Positions 28,416 to 38,237 of a stretch of 64,000 nucleotides of DNA are shown in pieces; position 1 is the stretch's first letter, and the number at the start of each line of letters is the position of its first letter. The position numbers were made by a program, and so were the translations under genes. The notes below the pieces were generated by a model, which had not been told where the DNA came from, did not search any database, and saw nothing but the letters and a program-made list of their open reading frames with translations. Origin of the DNA: an uncultured delta proteobacterium (lineage in GTDB: Bacteria; Desulfobacterota; Syntrophobacteria; Syntrophobacterales; Syntrophobacteraceae); the NCBI GenBank assembly GCA_963808625.1, contig CAWEHK010000023.1, positions 1 through 64,000 on the forward strand. The letters are read 5' to 3'.

Positions 28416-29648
28416 ATGAATAGAATATTTTACATATGGCCTCATGATTTTAGGTGGAAAAATAATGTTCTGGGACAACGCCTGATCATGCTCAATTCTT
28501 TGGGAATTCTTAACGTCTTGGTCAGGACATCCAAGTGGCTCCCTCTAAATCTGGATGTGAATATTAGAATAAGTGCTTATGGACTTAGTGCGCAGATAAA
28601 TGAGTACATATCAATTTTAACTTATATTTTTTCAATAATATGGGTCCTTTCCTTTAAGAGGGTTTGTGGATACGTTAATCCTTCAGACATTGTTTATACT
28701 AATTATGAATACTCCATCTTGATTGGAATATGGGCCAAAGAGGTCCTTGGCATGAAGTGGGTAGCGGATTTTTTCGACGACCCACGAAGGGGCTATTTCA
28801 ATGCGTCCCTCCGCAAGGCACCCACGTTTAGAGTCCTGGGAGAAAAAGGCCTGCTGGGAATATACCGATGCTGTCTGAAAAGGGCGGACCTGGTTATCTG
28901 CAATTCGCCGGATACCCATAGAGGCCTGGCTCCTATTCTGATAAACCACTTTAAGGTTCAAGAAGACAGGATGATTGCGGTCCCGGGTGGTGTCCACGAA
29001 GAGTATATTGCGTTTTGTTTGAACGATCCGGGGCTGAATCAAGCGGCGACTAATCTGCTGAAGGAGAAGGGAATAGCAGAGAACGAATATATCTATGTTG
29101 TGGGGCATATCAATTCAGATGTGTCTGGAGTCTCTAATGTATTGAGGGCATTGCGTGTTCTTCTTGAGGAAGGGTTTGCTTATCATTTGTTGTTAGCTGG
29201 GTTCTGTAAGCCGAAACAGCGCATTTGGCTGGAGAAGGCAGTCAATGCAATGCAACTGTCACGTCACGTGCATTATCTTGGAGTGGTGGAGCAACCGCTT
29301 TCGTATAATTTCATGAAGAGGGCCGGCCTGTGCATTTGCCCCTATAACACGGATGGCCGGGATGATTATAAGACGGCGTACCCCATCAAACTGCTGGAGT
29401 ACCTGACCGTTGGGGCGCCAACGATTACCATTCAAACACCGATAACGGAGCAGATTGTTAATGACTTCGGTGCTGGGGAATTGATGCCGGCATCATCTGA
29501 ATTCGATCTTCTCCGTTCGATAAAGGCATTGAAGTCAAAAGGGTTTTCGAGGAGTCAAGGAGTTGTTCCCGGGGCGTACAAATGGACGAACATCAACAAT
29601 ACCCTGCGGACGGCACTGGAAGAAACGTTAATGGGAACGCACTCCTGA
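28416..29648 (+). CDS. Glycosyltransferase, GT-B/GT4-like
   Basis: YLGVV...AGLCICPY...YPIKLLEYL..GAP; AT-rich 5' part. Confidence 0.82.
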   Translation: MNRIFYIWPHDFRWKNNVLGQRLIMLNSLGILNVLVRTSKWLPLNLDVNIRISAYGLSAQINEYISILTYIFSIIWVLSFKRVCGYVNPSDIVYTNYEYSILIGIWAKEVLGMKWVADFFDDPRRGYFNASLRKAPTFRVLGEKGLLGIYRCCLKRADLVICNSPDTHRGLAPILINHFKVQEDRMIAVPGGVHEEYIAFCLNDPGLNQAATNLLKEKGIAENEYIYVVGHINSDVSGVSNVLRALRVLLEEGFAYHLLLAGFCKPKQRIWLEKAVNAMQLSRHVHYLGVVEQPLSYNFMKRAGLCICPYNTDGRDDYKTAYPIKLLEYLTVGAPTITIQTPITEQIVNDFGAGELMPASSEFDLLRSIKALKSKGFSRSQGVVPGAYKWTNINNTLRTALEETLMGTHS

Positions 29649-29726
29649 CAAGAAATTGGGGTGCGGTTTTCGTTTTAGACCTTAAGAAGAGTCTTAGAGC
29701 TCATGATTAGCGTCGTTTAGGACAAC

Positions 29727-30980
29727 ATGAAAATCCTGGTCATTATGCTGAATTGGTATCCATATTGTGGCCCTTTGATGCCGATCTACGGGGCAATTTT
29801 TAAGCAGCTGCTGAGCATGGGGGATGAAATCATCATTGTCTCATCCCTTCCCCACTACCGCAAGGGGAGCCCAGAAACGCGGCCGCTGATTCCCAGCGGA
29901 CTTTATGAAATTGGCCGCTGGGAAAAGGCAAAACTGATTCGCTCCTGGGTCCTGGCACCGCCTTTCGAGAGCGAGAAGTTGAGCCTTCTGTACCGTGCTC
30001 TGAATTTCCTCTCGTTCAATGTTTCCAGTGCCCTTGCCGCCATCTTCCTTGCCGGACGAGCGGATGTCATCTTCGCCCCTTCCTCACCTCCCCTGACGAA
30101 CGGGCTCGTTGCGTATCTGGTCAGTCGCTTCAAACGCTGTCCTTTTGTGTATAACGTCCAGGACATCTATCCGGACATTGCCGTGAATCTCGGATTGATC
30201 AGGAATCGTCTGCTTCTCCTGGGGTTGAGGGCTGTGGAGAAGGCAGTATACCGGCTCTCGCATAAAATTGTGACCATTTCTGAAGGGATGCGAGACATCA
30301 TTCGAGGGAAAGGAGTGCCTTCGGAAAAGATAGAAGTCATCGAGAATTTCGTCGAGCCCTGCGTGCTGGGCCCCGAACGCGGTCAGAATGCATTCTCCCG
30401 GGCATTTGGCCTCGATGATGCCTTTGTTGTAATGTATGCAGGAAACATCGGGGTCCCTCATGGCGTGGAGGTTGTGGTTCAGGCCGCCCAATTGCTGCAG
30501 GAGGAACCGAACATCATTTTCTGTTTCGTCGCAAGAGGGGAAAGAAAGGCTGATGTCGAACGGTTGGCAAGAAACAAAGGCTTGAAAAACGTGATCCTGC
30601 TGGCTCCCCAACCGGAAGAGATGGTGCCTCAGATCTGGGGTGCGGCCTCTGTGGGAGTGATTTCGTATCGTCGGGGACTGGCGGGTTTTTCGTTGCCCTC
30701 GAAGCTCTTCGCTGCGATGTGCGCCGGCCGGGCGGTCATCGCTTCTGTTGATGGCGACTCGGAGACCGCAAGGATTATTACAACTGCCCGGTGTGGACTG
30801 TGTGTGCAACCGGAATCACCTGCTGAACTGGCTGATGCCGTGCTGCGCTTGAAAAGGGACCCCGAGGTGGCGATGGAAATGGGCCGCAACGGCCGTGAAT
30901 ACGTACAGAAAAATCTGCGTAGGGAGGTCGTTGGCTCGCATTATTCCTCCCTGTTCAAATCGATCGCTTCAGTAAAGTGA
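29727..30980 (+). CDS. Glycosyltransferase family 4 (WbuB-like)
   Basis: YNVQDIYPD, MYAGNIG and LPSKLFAAM..GRAVI. Confidence 0.92.
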   Translation: MKILVIMLNWYPYCGPLMPIYGAIFKQLLSMGDEIIIVSSLPHYRKGSPETRPLIPSGLYEIGRWEKAKLIRSWVLAPPFESEKLSLLYRALNFLSFNVSSALAAIFLAGRADVIFAPSSPPLTNGLVAYLVSRFKRCPFVYNVQDIYPDIAVNLGLIRNRLLLLGLRAVEKAVYRLSHKIVTISEGMRDIIRGKGVPSEKIEVIENFVEPCVLGPERGQNAFSRAFGLDDAFVVMYAGNIGVPHGVEVVVQAAQLLQEEPNIIFCFVARGERKADVERLARNKGLKNVILLAPQPEEMVPQIWGAASVGVISYRRGLAGFSLPSKLFAAMCAGRAVIASVDGDSETARIITTARCGLCVQPESPAELADAVLRLKRDPEVAMEMGRNGREYVQKNLRREVVGSHYSSLFKSIASVK

Positions 30981-31105
30981 GCAGGGATGAGATTTTGCAA
31001 GGATTAAGACCTGTGAATACCCAGGCCAAGGAAGGTTACATTTAGATTACATGGCGCTATAAGCCTGTCTCATTATATCTTAATGTGGAGTGTGGACTAC
31101 CAAAC

Positions 31106-32512
31106 ATGAAAACCTATCTATTCAGTAGCTCCAAAAAGATTCAATATGTACTTTTTGTTGGAGATATCCTAATTATGATATTCTCTATCGTGGCAGCTTA
31201 CGTATTAAAAATGTGGCTGGGAGGCATTCCCATAGCAATGGATGTAATTGCTGACAAAATGCATCCTATTATGATTATAATAAGCATTTTATATCTCTTG
31301 CCAATCTATCTATTTGATCAATATAGTCTGGAATACGTAATGGCTCCGTCAAAGAGCTTTATAAGGCTGATCTGTGGCTTGTTTATCGGTGGGGGTTTGG
31401 CTAGCAGTCTGCTATATTTTGTTCCAAAATATATATACGGACGTGAGGTCTTGATCCTTAATTTTATCTTAGTTTCTTTTTCTATCTTATTGTGGAGATC
31501 GATTGCTTTGAATGTGCTGAGGAAAGGCGTCAAAGCAAAGCGGTTGGCCATAATCGGCCATGGTAAGATCATTTCGTCATTTATTGAGGATATTTCTCAC
31601 CTTCCCTTTACCGGTTTCGAGCTCAAGACTGTCTGCGTCATGGATCGGAGTGACTTATGTGTCCTCCCCTTGGACCGGTGGGCCGTCCGGAGGGAAGGTT
31701 TAGCGGACTTGTTGCGGGAGAAAGAGTTCGATGTGTTGGCCTTCGATTCGACTAATGGGCATTTTTCAAGTGATGAGATACGCAAAATTTTACAGCTCAA
31801 GTTCCAGGGAAAGACCGTCCAGGACCTTTCAAACCTTTATGAAAATTTGACCGGAAAGGTCCCGGTAACCTCCATAGATGATCAATGGCTGCTAAAGAGC
31901 CCGGAATTCCAAAGAAGCGACAGCATCGTTTACCAAAAAGTGAAAAGAATGCTCGATATCATCATGGCCTGGTTTTTCTTGTTGTTGACCTCCCCTCTCT
32001 TTGTGATCATTGGGGTTCTCATTAAGCTGGAGAGCGCGGGGCCGGTCTTCTTTGTGCAAGAAAGACTGGGGGTTGGCTGGAAACCTTTTCGATGCCTTAA
32101 ATTTCGCACCATGGTGGACAATGCCGAAAATGAATCAGGACCGGTTTGGGCCACGGAAACGGACTCTCGTATTACCCGGGTCGGCCGCATTCTTCGGAAA
32201 ACGCGTTTGGATGAGTTGCCGCAGTTGTGGAATATCATCAAAGGAGAAATGACCTTTGTCGGGCCAAGGCCCATTCGCGAGCATTTCGCCAAGAAGCTCG
32301 CGGTGAACATTCCGTTCTATGAACTGCGCTTCTGCGTGAAACCGGGTCTCACCGGGTGGGCGCAAGTGAATTACGATTACGCCGGTTCCGAAGAGGGGCA
32401 GCTGGAGAAATTTCAGTATGACCTGTTCTATGTTCGCAAAATGTCGTTGACTTTGGACCTTTTGGCGTTGTTCAAAACCTTCAAGACGGTCATCAAGCGG
32501 GTTGGCACCTGA
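31106..32512 (+). CDS. Polyprenyl-phosphate glycosylphosphotransferase (initiating sugar transferase)
   Basis: N-terminal TMs; KRMLDI, KFRTM, RKTRLDELPQLWN, VGPRP and KPGLTGWAQV. Confidence 0.95.
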   Translation: MKTYLFSSSKKIQYVLFVGDILIMIFSIVAAYVLKMWLGGIPIAMDVIADKMHPIMIIISILYLLPIYLFDQYSLEYVMAPSKSFIRLICGLFIGGGLASSLLYFVPKYIYGREVLILNFILVSFSILLWRSIALNVLRKGVKAKRLAIIGHGKIISSFIEDISHLPFTGFELKTVCVMDRSDLCVLPLDRWAVRREGLADLLREKEFDVLAFDSTNGHFSSDEIRKILQLKFQGKTVQDLSNLYENLTGKVPVTSIDDQWLLKSPEFQRSDSIVYQKVKRMLDIIMAWFFLLLTSPLFVIIGVLIKLESAGPVFFVQERLGVGWKPFRCLKFRTMVDNAENESGPVWATETDSRITRVGRILRKTRLDELPQLWNIIKGEMTFVGPRPIREHFAKKLAVNIPFYELRFCVKPGLTGWAQVNYDYAGSEEGQLEKFQYDLFYVRKMSLTLDLLALFKTFKTVIKRVGT

Positions 32513-32547
32513 GGCGGGTCCGTTTTCCCATTGCGGGGACTTCCATG

Positions 32548-32847
32548 TCACGAGGGACGACCCGAATAACCTCCGAACCTGAAGAGCCACAGTGGACAAT
32601 CGGTTGAGGTGCATCGCTCCACTTCGACATACGAGTTCGTTTGGCAGTCGAGGCATTTGCGTCGGATGGCGGTCAGATAAACCTTGTCGGGTAAAGCACC
32701 GGCCCCGATTCGGTAGGGATGTAAACGGCACTTGGTGGCAGTGCAAGCCTCAACCTCCCGGCTTTGTTCGTTGGCGCACCAGAGGCATTTTGCTCTGATT
32801 CCTCGAAGAGGTTGCCACGATAACTGGTACCCGGACCGTTTTTTCAT
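32548..32847 (-). CDS. Small protein with duplicated Cys4 motif
   Basis: IRAKCLWC...EVEAC...CRLHPYRIG and IRRKCLDC...EVERC...CPLWLFRFG. Confidence 0.7.
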   Translation of the reverse strand: MKKRSGYQLSWQPLRGIRAKCLWCANEQSREVEACTATKCRLHPYRIGAGALPDKVYLTAIRRKCLDCQTNSYVEVERCTSTDCPLWLFRFGGYSGRPS

Positions 32848-32980
32848 CTTGCTCGTGAGTTTGGATGTTCGCAAAGGCAAAGCGGTGCTCTGATAGCCAC
32901 GACACACCTTGCCGCCGGATCGCTACGACCATCCATCCTACCCAAAAAAGACTCTGGGGGCAAAGCCTGAGGACGAAGTG

Positions 32981-33589
32981 ATGGAAAAAGAGCTACAGGA
33001 ACGCTTCTGCGACCTCGTGCAGATCGCCCTGAGAGAGGGGGCGAAAGCTGCACGAATCATCTCAGCGCGGATGGTGGTTGTTGATGAACGGGTTCGTTTG
33101 AAATGTGAAGTCCCCAGGTGCGGAAAATTCAACCAGTACCTCACCTGTCCCCCCTACGTGATGGATGTGGCGGCCTTTTCCAGAGTCCTCACCCACTACG
33201 AATGGTGCCTTTTGGTGCAGGTGGAGGCGGAAAACGTCGACTCAAGGGACAAATGCGCCGGCCGGATTACCGGATCGGTCCTGAAAGAAAATCTAAGGCG
33301 TCATCACCCGTATCAGCTGAAGCTCCTCAATATTATCGAGATGGTGGAGGCGGCGGCATTTAAAAAAGGGATGCATTTTGCTGCGGGCTTTACGGGAGGG
33401 GAGTGCATTCTTTGTGAACACTGTGTCGACAACAAACTGACCGATCCTTGCCGGCACCCGTTCCGAGCCAGGCCCGCGATGGAAGGGGTTGGGATCGATG
33501 TCATCCGAACCGCAGAAAATGCCGGACTCCCCATTCATCTATCGTCATCGCAAAATGTTCTCTGGACCGGTCTCGTGCTCCTCGAATGA
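32981..33589 (+). CDS. DUF2284-like predicted metal-binding protein
   Basis: VVDERVRLKC..P.C....YLTCPP, GGECILCEHC and CRHP..ARPAMEGVGIDV. Confidence 0.88.
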   Translation: MEKELQERFCDLVQIALREGAKAARIISARMVVVDERVRLKCEVPRCGKFNQYLTCPPYVMDVAAFSRVLTHYEWCLLVQVEAENVDSRDKCAGRITGSVLKENLRRHHPYQLKLLNIIEMVEAAAFKKGMHFAAGFTGGECILCEHCVDNKLTDPCRHPFRARPAMEGVGIDVIRTAENAGLPIHLSSSQNVLWTGLVLLE

Positions 33590-33620
33590 TGATTCGTTAG
33601 CCTCGAAGATTTTTACTTTC

Positions 33621-33690
33621 CCCGCCGAGGCGCAAAGTTCGCAGAGATGATAGAGGCTTATTCTCTGCGTTCTCTGTGCCTCTGCGGTGA
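33621..33690. repeat. Intergenic palindromic repeat between convergent genes
   Basis: CCGCCGAGGCGCAAAGTTCGCAGAG...CTCTGCGTTCTCTGTGCCTCTGCGG. Confidence 0.65.
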
Positions 33691-33720
33691 GGATTTATGC
33701 CTTAAGCGAAGGACCTGGTC

Positions 33721-34407
33721 CTAAACGATCGCCCCGGTCGGCTTCTCCCAGCGCACGACGAGAAAGGCGCCGGTCTCCAACCCTCGGGCGGCGCCGTCCC
33801 TCTCGATGGCCTTCGCCGCCTCGGGATCATCCTGCTTCTGAAAGTGGACAGCCGTTCTTACCGAAGCCGGGACCGCCGCCAGGTCCGCCATCTCCGCCGG
33901 CGACCGGAAGCGGGCGTGCTCGAAGATAGCGTGCCCCTCTTTGGCCGCAGCCTTCCGCCTGGTCGCCCAGGGGCTGAGGCTGTTCAAACAGGCAACGACA
34001 ACGAGCCCACCCGGCCTGGTGACCCGGAAGAGTTCGGCAATTGCACTCCGGGCATCCTCGATGAATTCGATGGCGGTGACCGAAATGGTCTTGTCGAACG
34101 CGCGGTCGGCAAAGGGAAGCCGGCGCATGTCGCCTTGCACTGGGCAAAAAGGCCAGCCCATGGTCTTTTTGCGAGCCCGCCCCAGCATGGGGAAAGAAAG
34201 CTCCAGTCCGACGACGCGCGCACCAGCGGCGAGGAAATCCAGGGTGAAGATGCCGGTGCCGCAGCCCACATCCAAGATGGCTTCCCATTGGGACGGACGG
34301 GCCAGGTCGAGAAGAACTCGGCTCTCATACTCACGAACCAGCCTGCCGATGGGACTCTCAAACCACTGGTCGTATTTCTCCGGCCACTCGTCGAAGATTG
34401 CCGCCAT
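33721..34407 (-). CDS. Class I SAM-dependent methyltransferase
   Basis: FD.W.EKYDQWF..P.G, ILDVGCGTG, GDMRRLPF and ELFRVTRPGG; likely start is MAAIF at 34407. Confidence 0.92.
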   Translation of the reverse strand: MAAIFDEWPEKYDQWFESPIGRLVREYESRVLLDLARPSQWEAILDVGCGTGIFTLDFLAAGARVVGLELSFPMLGRARKKTMGWPFCPVQGDMRRLPFADRAFDKTISVTAIEFIEDARSAIAELFRVTRPGGLVVVACLNSLSPWATRRKAAAKEGHAIFEHARFRSPAEMADLAAVPASVRTAVHFQKQDDPEAAKAIERDGAARGLETGAFLVVRWEKPTGAIV

Positions 34408-34425
34408 TCGCTGCCTTCTCCCTGC

Positions 34426-34566
34426 TGAGGGGGTATCCAAAAATAAAAGACCTTTTTTACCATGAAGAACACGAAGGACACGAAGTGATTTCTTCGTACT
34501 CTTCGTGTTCTTCGTGGTTCGAAAAAAGGCCGAATTGAGTGCAAGCTGTTTTTGGACAGTTACTAA
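34426..34566. mobile_element. MITE-like element, copy A (inverted relative to 58337-58479)
   Basis: Ends GAGGGGGTATCCAAAAAT / GTTTTTGGACAGTTACT; internal ACCATGAAGAACACGAAG...CTTCGTGTTCTTCGTGGT palindrome. Confidence 0.7.
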
Positions 34567-34602
34567 GTTCAACCATCCTTTCCGGTCTCGTGAACCGCTG
34601 GC

Positions 34603-35018
34603 CTAATGACCCAACGCCAGCGCCTTGTCCGGCCTGCTTTTCTGCGCCGGGGTCCACGCGAGCAACGCCTGCACCACGGGGATGGTGGATTTCGCCTTGC
34701 GAACCTCGATGAAGTGACGGGAACCGTTATGTGCATCACTGGCCATACAAAAACCAATGTCATCGCCGTATTTGGCCTCTGCCACAAAAGATACCGTCAA
34801 AGAGCTTATCTGCTGTTTCCGGTGATGTTCCTCCCCGTAGCAATCCAATAGAAATTCAATGTACCTGGCGTTGTTCACATGAACATGCCCTGCTTCAATA
34901 TCTCTTCAATACCGACACCCAGGGCTTGGGCGTGAACCGCAGCAACATTCTGGATGTGGTTGAAGACCGAGCTTACTTTCAGCCTGCCGGCACTGTCCGT
35001 ATCGTAAGCGAGAGGCAA
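34603..35018 (-). pseudogene. Acyl-ACP thioesterase remnant with internal deletion
   Basis: N-terminal YDTDSAGRLKVSSVFNHIQNVAAVHAQALGVG...QGMF is joined out of frame directly to C-terminal HVNNARYIEFLLD. Confidence 0.75.
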
Positions 35019-35030
35019 TGCTCCCCTCTT

Positions 35031-36433
35031 TCAAAACGTGCTCGAACCGTCCCAGCAATGCGTGCAGAGTCTTTCCTTGGGTAGCCCGATAGCGGTCACC
35101 AGGTCCTCCAGCCGCTGGTACTTCAGGCTGGTCAGCCGAAGCCGCCGTCGAATTTCGTCGACCATGGCCCGGTTCCCTTCCGACCCGGCCCTGGCGAAGG
35201 ACTCCAAATCAATGTCTTCAGGCCTTGCGAGCTCATGGATTACCTTACGTCCCACCAGGTCCAAAGTGGAACGGGAGGTCGAGAAGTTCAGGAACTCGCA
35301 GGGGTAGATCAACGTCGGGCACGCCGGTCTCATGTGCACCTCGCGGGCCCCATAATCGAACAAGATCTGGATGTTGTCCTTGAGTTGCGTACCGCGCACG
35401 ATGGAGTCTTCGCAAAACAGCAGGCGCTTGCCTTCGATCAGCCGGCGGATGGGAATCAGCTTCATTTTTGCCACCAAGTCCCGCAATTGCTGGTTTTGCG
35501 GCATGAAGCTGCGCGGCCAGGTGGGCGTGTACTTCACGAAGGGACGGCGGTAGGGAAGTCTCCTCTCGTTGGCATAACCGATCGCATGCCCGATCCCGGA
35601 ATCGGGGATACCGGCCACGTAGTCGACCGCGGCGTCGTCATTGCGGGCCAGGGCTGCGCCGCAAGCGTTGCGGACAAACTCCACGTTGATCCCTTCGTAA
35701 TCCGATGCAGGGTAGCCGTAGTACACCCAGAGAAAAGCACAGATCTGCATCAAGGGGCCCGGTGCTTGGCGCTGCTCGAAGCCGTCGGCAGTCAGCAAAA
35801 GGATTTCGCCTGGACCCGGAAAGCGCTCGGTTTCAAAGCCCAGATTGGGGAAAGCACAGGACTCGGAACTCACCGCCAGCGCCCCGGCACGGCGGCCGAC
35901 CACCAGGGGGGTCCGCCCCAGCCGGTCCCGGGCAGCATAGATACCGCGCTCGGTGAGCAGGAGCAACGAGCACGACCCCTGGATGGCTGCCTGCGCGGAA
36001 CGGATGCCGTCCTCGAAATTCTCTTCGGCACAGATCAGCTTGGCTACCATTTCAGTGGGATTGACCGCGCCGCCGGTCGTGCTGAAAAAGCTGCGTCGCC
36101 GGCCAAAAGCTCGTCGCACGAGGTCTTCCAGGTTGTTGATCTTGCCTACGGTGGCGATGCCAAAGGTGCCCAGATGAGAGCCGACAATCAGTGGCTGCGG
36201 ATCGGTGTCGCTGATCACCCCGATGCCGCTGTTTCCTTGAAAGCGTGCCAGCTCGGATTCGAATTTGGCCCGGAAGTACCGGTTCTCGATGTTGTGGATG
36301 GCATGCCGGAAACCATGGGGGCCGAAGACCGCCATGCCGGCGCGTCGGGTGCCGAGGTGGGAGTGATAGTCGGTTCCGTAAAATACCTCCGAAACGCAGT
36401 CTTCTTTTGACACAAACCAAACAATCCGCCCAT
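35031..36433 (-). CDS. purF: Amidophosphoribosyltransferase homologue lacking the N-terminal Cys (frameshift near 36415)
   Basis: MGGLFG-x-VSKEDC...GTDYHSHLGTR, QICAFLWVYYGYP, GIPDSG, EDSIVRGTQ and LCTHCWDG. Confidence 0.88.
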
Positions 36434-36668
36434 GCCGCCTGTCTCTCCCTTATCGGTCCTGGATGGTTCTTTTGCTCTCCTGAATATGACGCACCCTCAG
36501 TCCGGTCTCTCGGCATCTCCTCCCAAGGCTGCGTCAGTCGCGCACGCCGGTCAGGGGGGGATGATAGCACCGAGGAGGGGATCGTGTCCAGGTTCTGCAT
36601 CCTTATCCTCCCTGTGATCTTTGATCTTCCCAATGAGGCCCCAGTCTATTACCCTTGTGGAGCGCCTT

Positions 36669-36732
36669 GATATAAAAAGGCCCGGGAAATGAAAATTTAA
36701 ACCACCAAAGGAGGGCGGGTTTTCCAACCCGC
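36669..36732 (+). repeat. Dispersed repeat ending in GCGGGTTTTCCAACCCGC hairpin (second copy at 41427-41498)
   Basis: About 65-70 nt of similarity between the two sites: GATA.AA.AAGG.CCGGG.AATGAAA...ACCAAAGGAG...GCGGGTTTTCCAACCCGC. Confidence 0.65.
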
Positions 36733-36739
36733 GTTAAGG

Positions 36740-36888
36740 ACAGCGCCGCAGAATAGAGTGTCCCTTACCCCCGGTCGTCATTCCCGCATGCCTTTAGCGG
36801 GAACCCAGAGAATTTGCCAGCCTGGATTCCCGCCAGAAACACGCGGGTTGACCGGCTCGAATTCGGATACTTTTTTATGCGGAGGTGT
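36740..36888. mobile_element. MITE-like element containing a GTCATTCCCGC REP (inverted copy at 61038-61189)
   Basis: TIR-like ACAGCGCCGCAGAATAGAGTGTCC / GGATACTTTTTTATGCGGAGGTGT. Confidence 0.7.
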
Positions 36889-36892
36889 TCTA

Positions 36893-37164
36893 AGAGGCTG
36901 TCTGGAAATTCCCCCTAGAGCTGGTTCCCAAGCTCTGGCCTTGGGACCCACCTCCTTGGAAGCATCAGCTTCGTTGGAGTTGTGGATACCATATGATACT
37001 CAAGACGCACGGGAAGCTGGAGCTTCCGTGCCTGCGTTCCCAAGCTGGAGCTTGGGAACGAGCGAACGAGCGAACGAGCGAGCGAGCTCCCCTTTTTTTA
37101 AAGGTGGGTCGGAGGGATTCTTCCTTCGAGTTTTGCGCAAAATTTGAATTTTCAGACAGCCTCT
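36893..37164. mobile_element. IS5/IS4-like-ended MITE carrying a GTTCCCAAGCT REP
   Basis: TIRs AGAGGCTGTCTGGAAATTC / GAATTTTCAGACAGCCTCT with CTAAG at both junctions; internal CTGGTTCCCAAGCT...AGCTTGGGAACGAG. Confidence 0.7.
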
Positions 37165-37207
37165 AAGGATATAGAACATCGAGACGATACCTCGGAAGGG
37201 CCAGGAA

Positions 37208-37958
37208 ATGAAGCTTTCAATGCCTATCTTGCCAAAGATTGTTCTCATTGTATTTATTTGTGAAGGACTGCTGGCCTATCCGCTTCCGGCAGACAATCAA
37301 AGCGAAGCGGTCTTGACCTTATTAACTCAGATGGAATCAAGCTACGCCCGGGTTGAAGACTATGCCGCCGCTTTCCACAAGCAGGAGAGGGTCGAAGGGA
37401 AACTCTTTCCCTGAGCAGACAATCCTCCTCAAGTTCCAAAAGCCCCTCAAGGTCTACATGAAATGGATCAAAGATCCGCACCGGGATCGAGAAGTTCTTT
37501 ATGTGCAAGGAAAAGATGACAACAAAGTGGTCGCGCACGAGGGCGGCATTTTGGGGTTCGTGACGCTCTCATTGGACCCGCGAGGTTCGATCGCCATGAA
37601 GGACAGCAGACATCCGATTACCGATGTCGGTTTCGATCATTTGCTCAAGATGCTGCGCAAAGACATTCAAATCGCAGTGGAACATGACGAACTCGAAATC
37701 ATTCGGACCGGTGAGGAGCCCTTTCACAACCGGCCCAGCATCGTTGTTGAGGCCAGATCGATCCCTCGTGGGGGACGGAAGTACTACGCCTCACGCATGG
37801 TCCTGCACGTGGACAAGGAACTCACTGCTGCCCGTCGGTGCCGCCTTCTACGACGCCGGGACGAGCTCTTCGAAAAGTATGCCTACACGGACGTAAGACT
37901 CAACGTCGGGTTCACCCCCAATGATTTTGATCGAGACAACCCCGCGTACCGTTTTTGA
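37208..37958 (+). CDS. DUF1571-like exported protein (frameshift near 37405 and compensating pair near 37824/37860)
   Basis: Signal peptide; DY.A.F.KQERV.GKL, KFQKPLKVYMKW, EVLYV.G, SRHPITDVG and DFDRDNPAYRF. Confidence 0.75.
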
Positions 37959-38237
37959 GCGAAGGGCAGCGGCCCGTCTGATGCATTTGACCGTTATCCC
38001 ATGGCCATGGTCTTCCCACCCTCGACCGTTGTCCCAAACTAATCTGAGCTTGATGCATACGGGAAAGCCCGCCTCTGCTCCTTGCCGTGCCCAAGACCTC
38101 GCCAAGATTCGGTCTAATCGGCCTAAAAAGAACGTTCATTTTTTCCCATCTTGTTTTATCCTTTGTCTCCCCATGGGGCAGGAAAACGTCGCTCGAGAAT
38201 CTCGGGTCTTTTGGATATCGGGGTAGAAGGAGAACGT

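Noticed and set aside
33721..34572. N-terminal extension of the methyltransferase ORF (TTKNTKSTKK...)
   Set aside because: It is read-through of the MITE; the likely start is 34407.
37385..37420. TGA at 37412 as selenocysteine
   Set aside because: Homology continues in a different frame, so this is a frameshift and not read-through.
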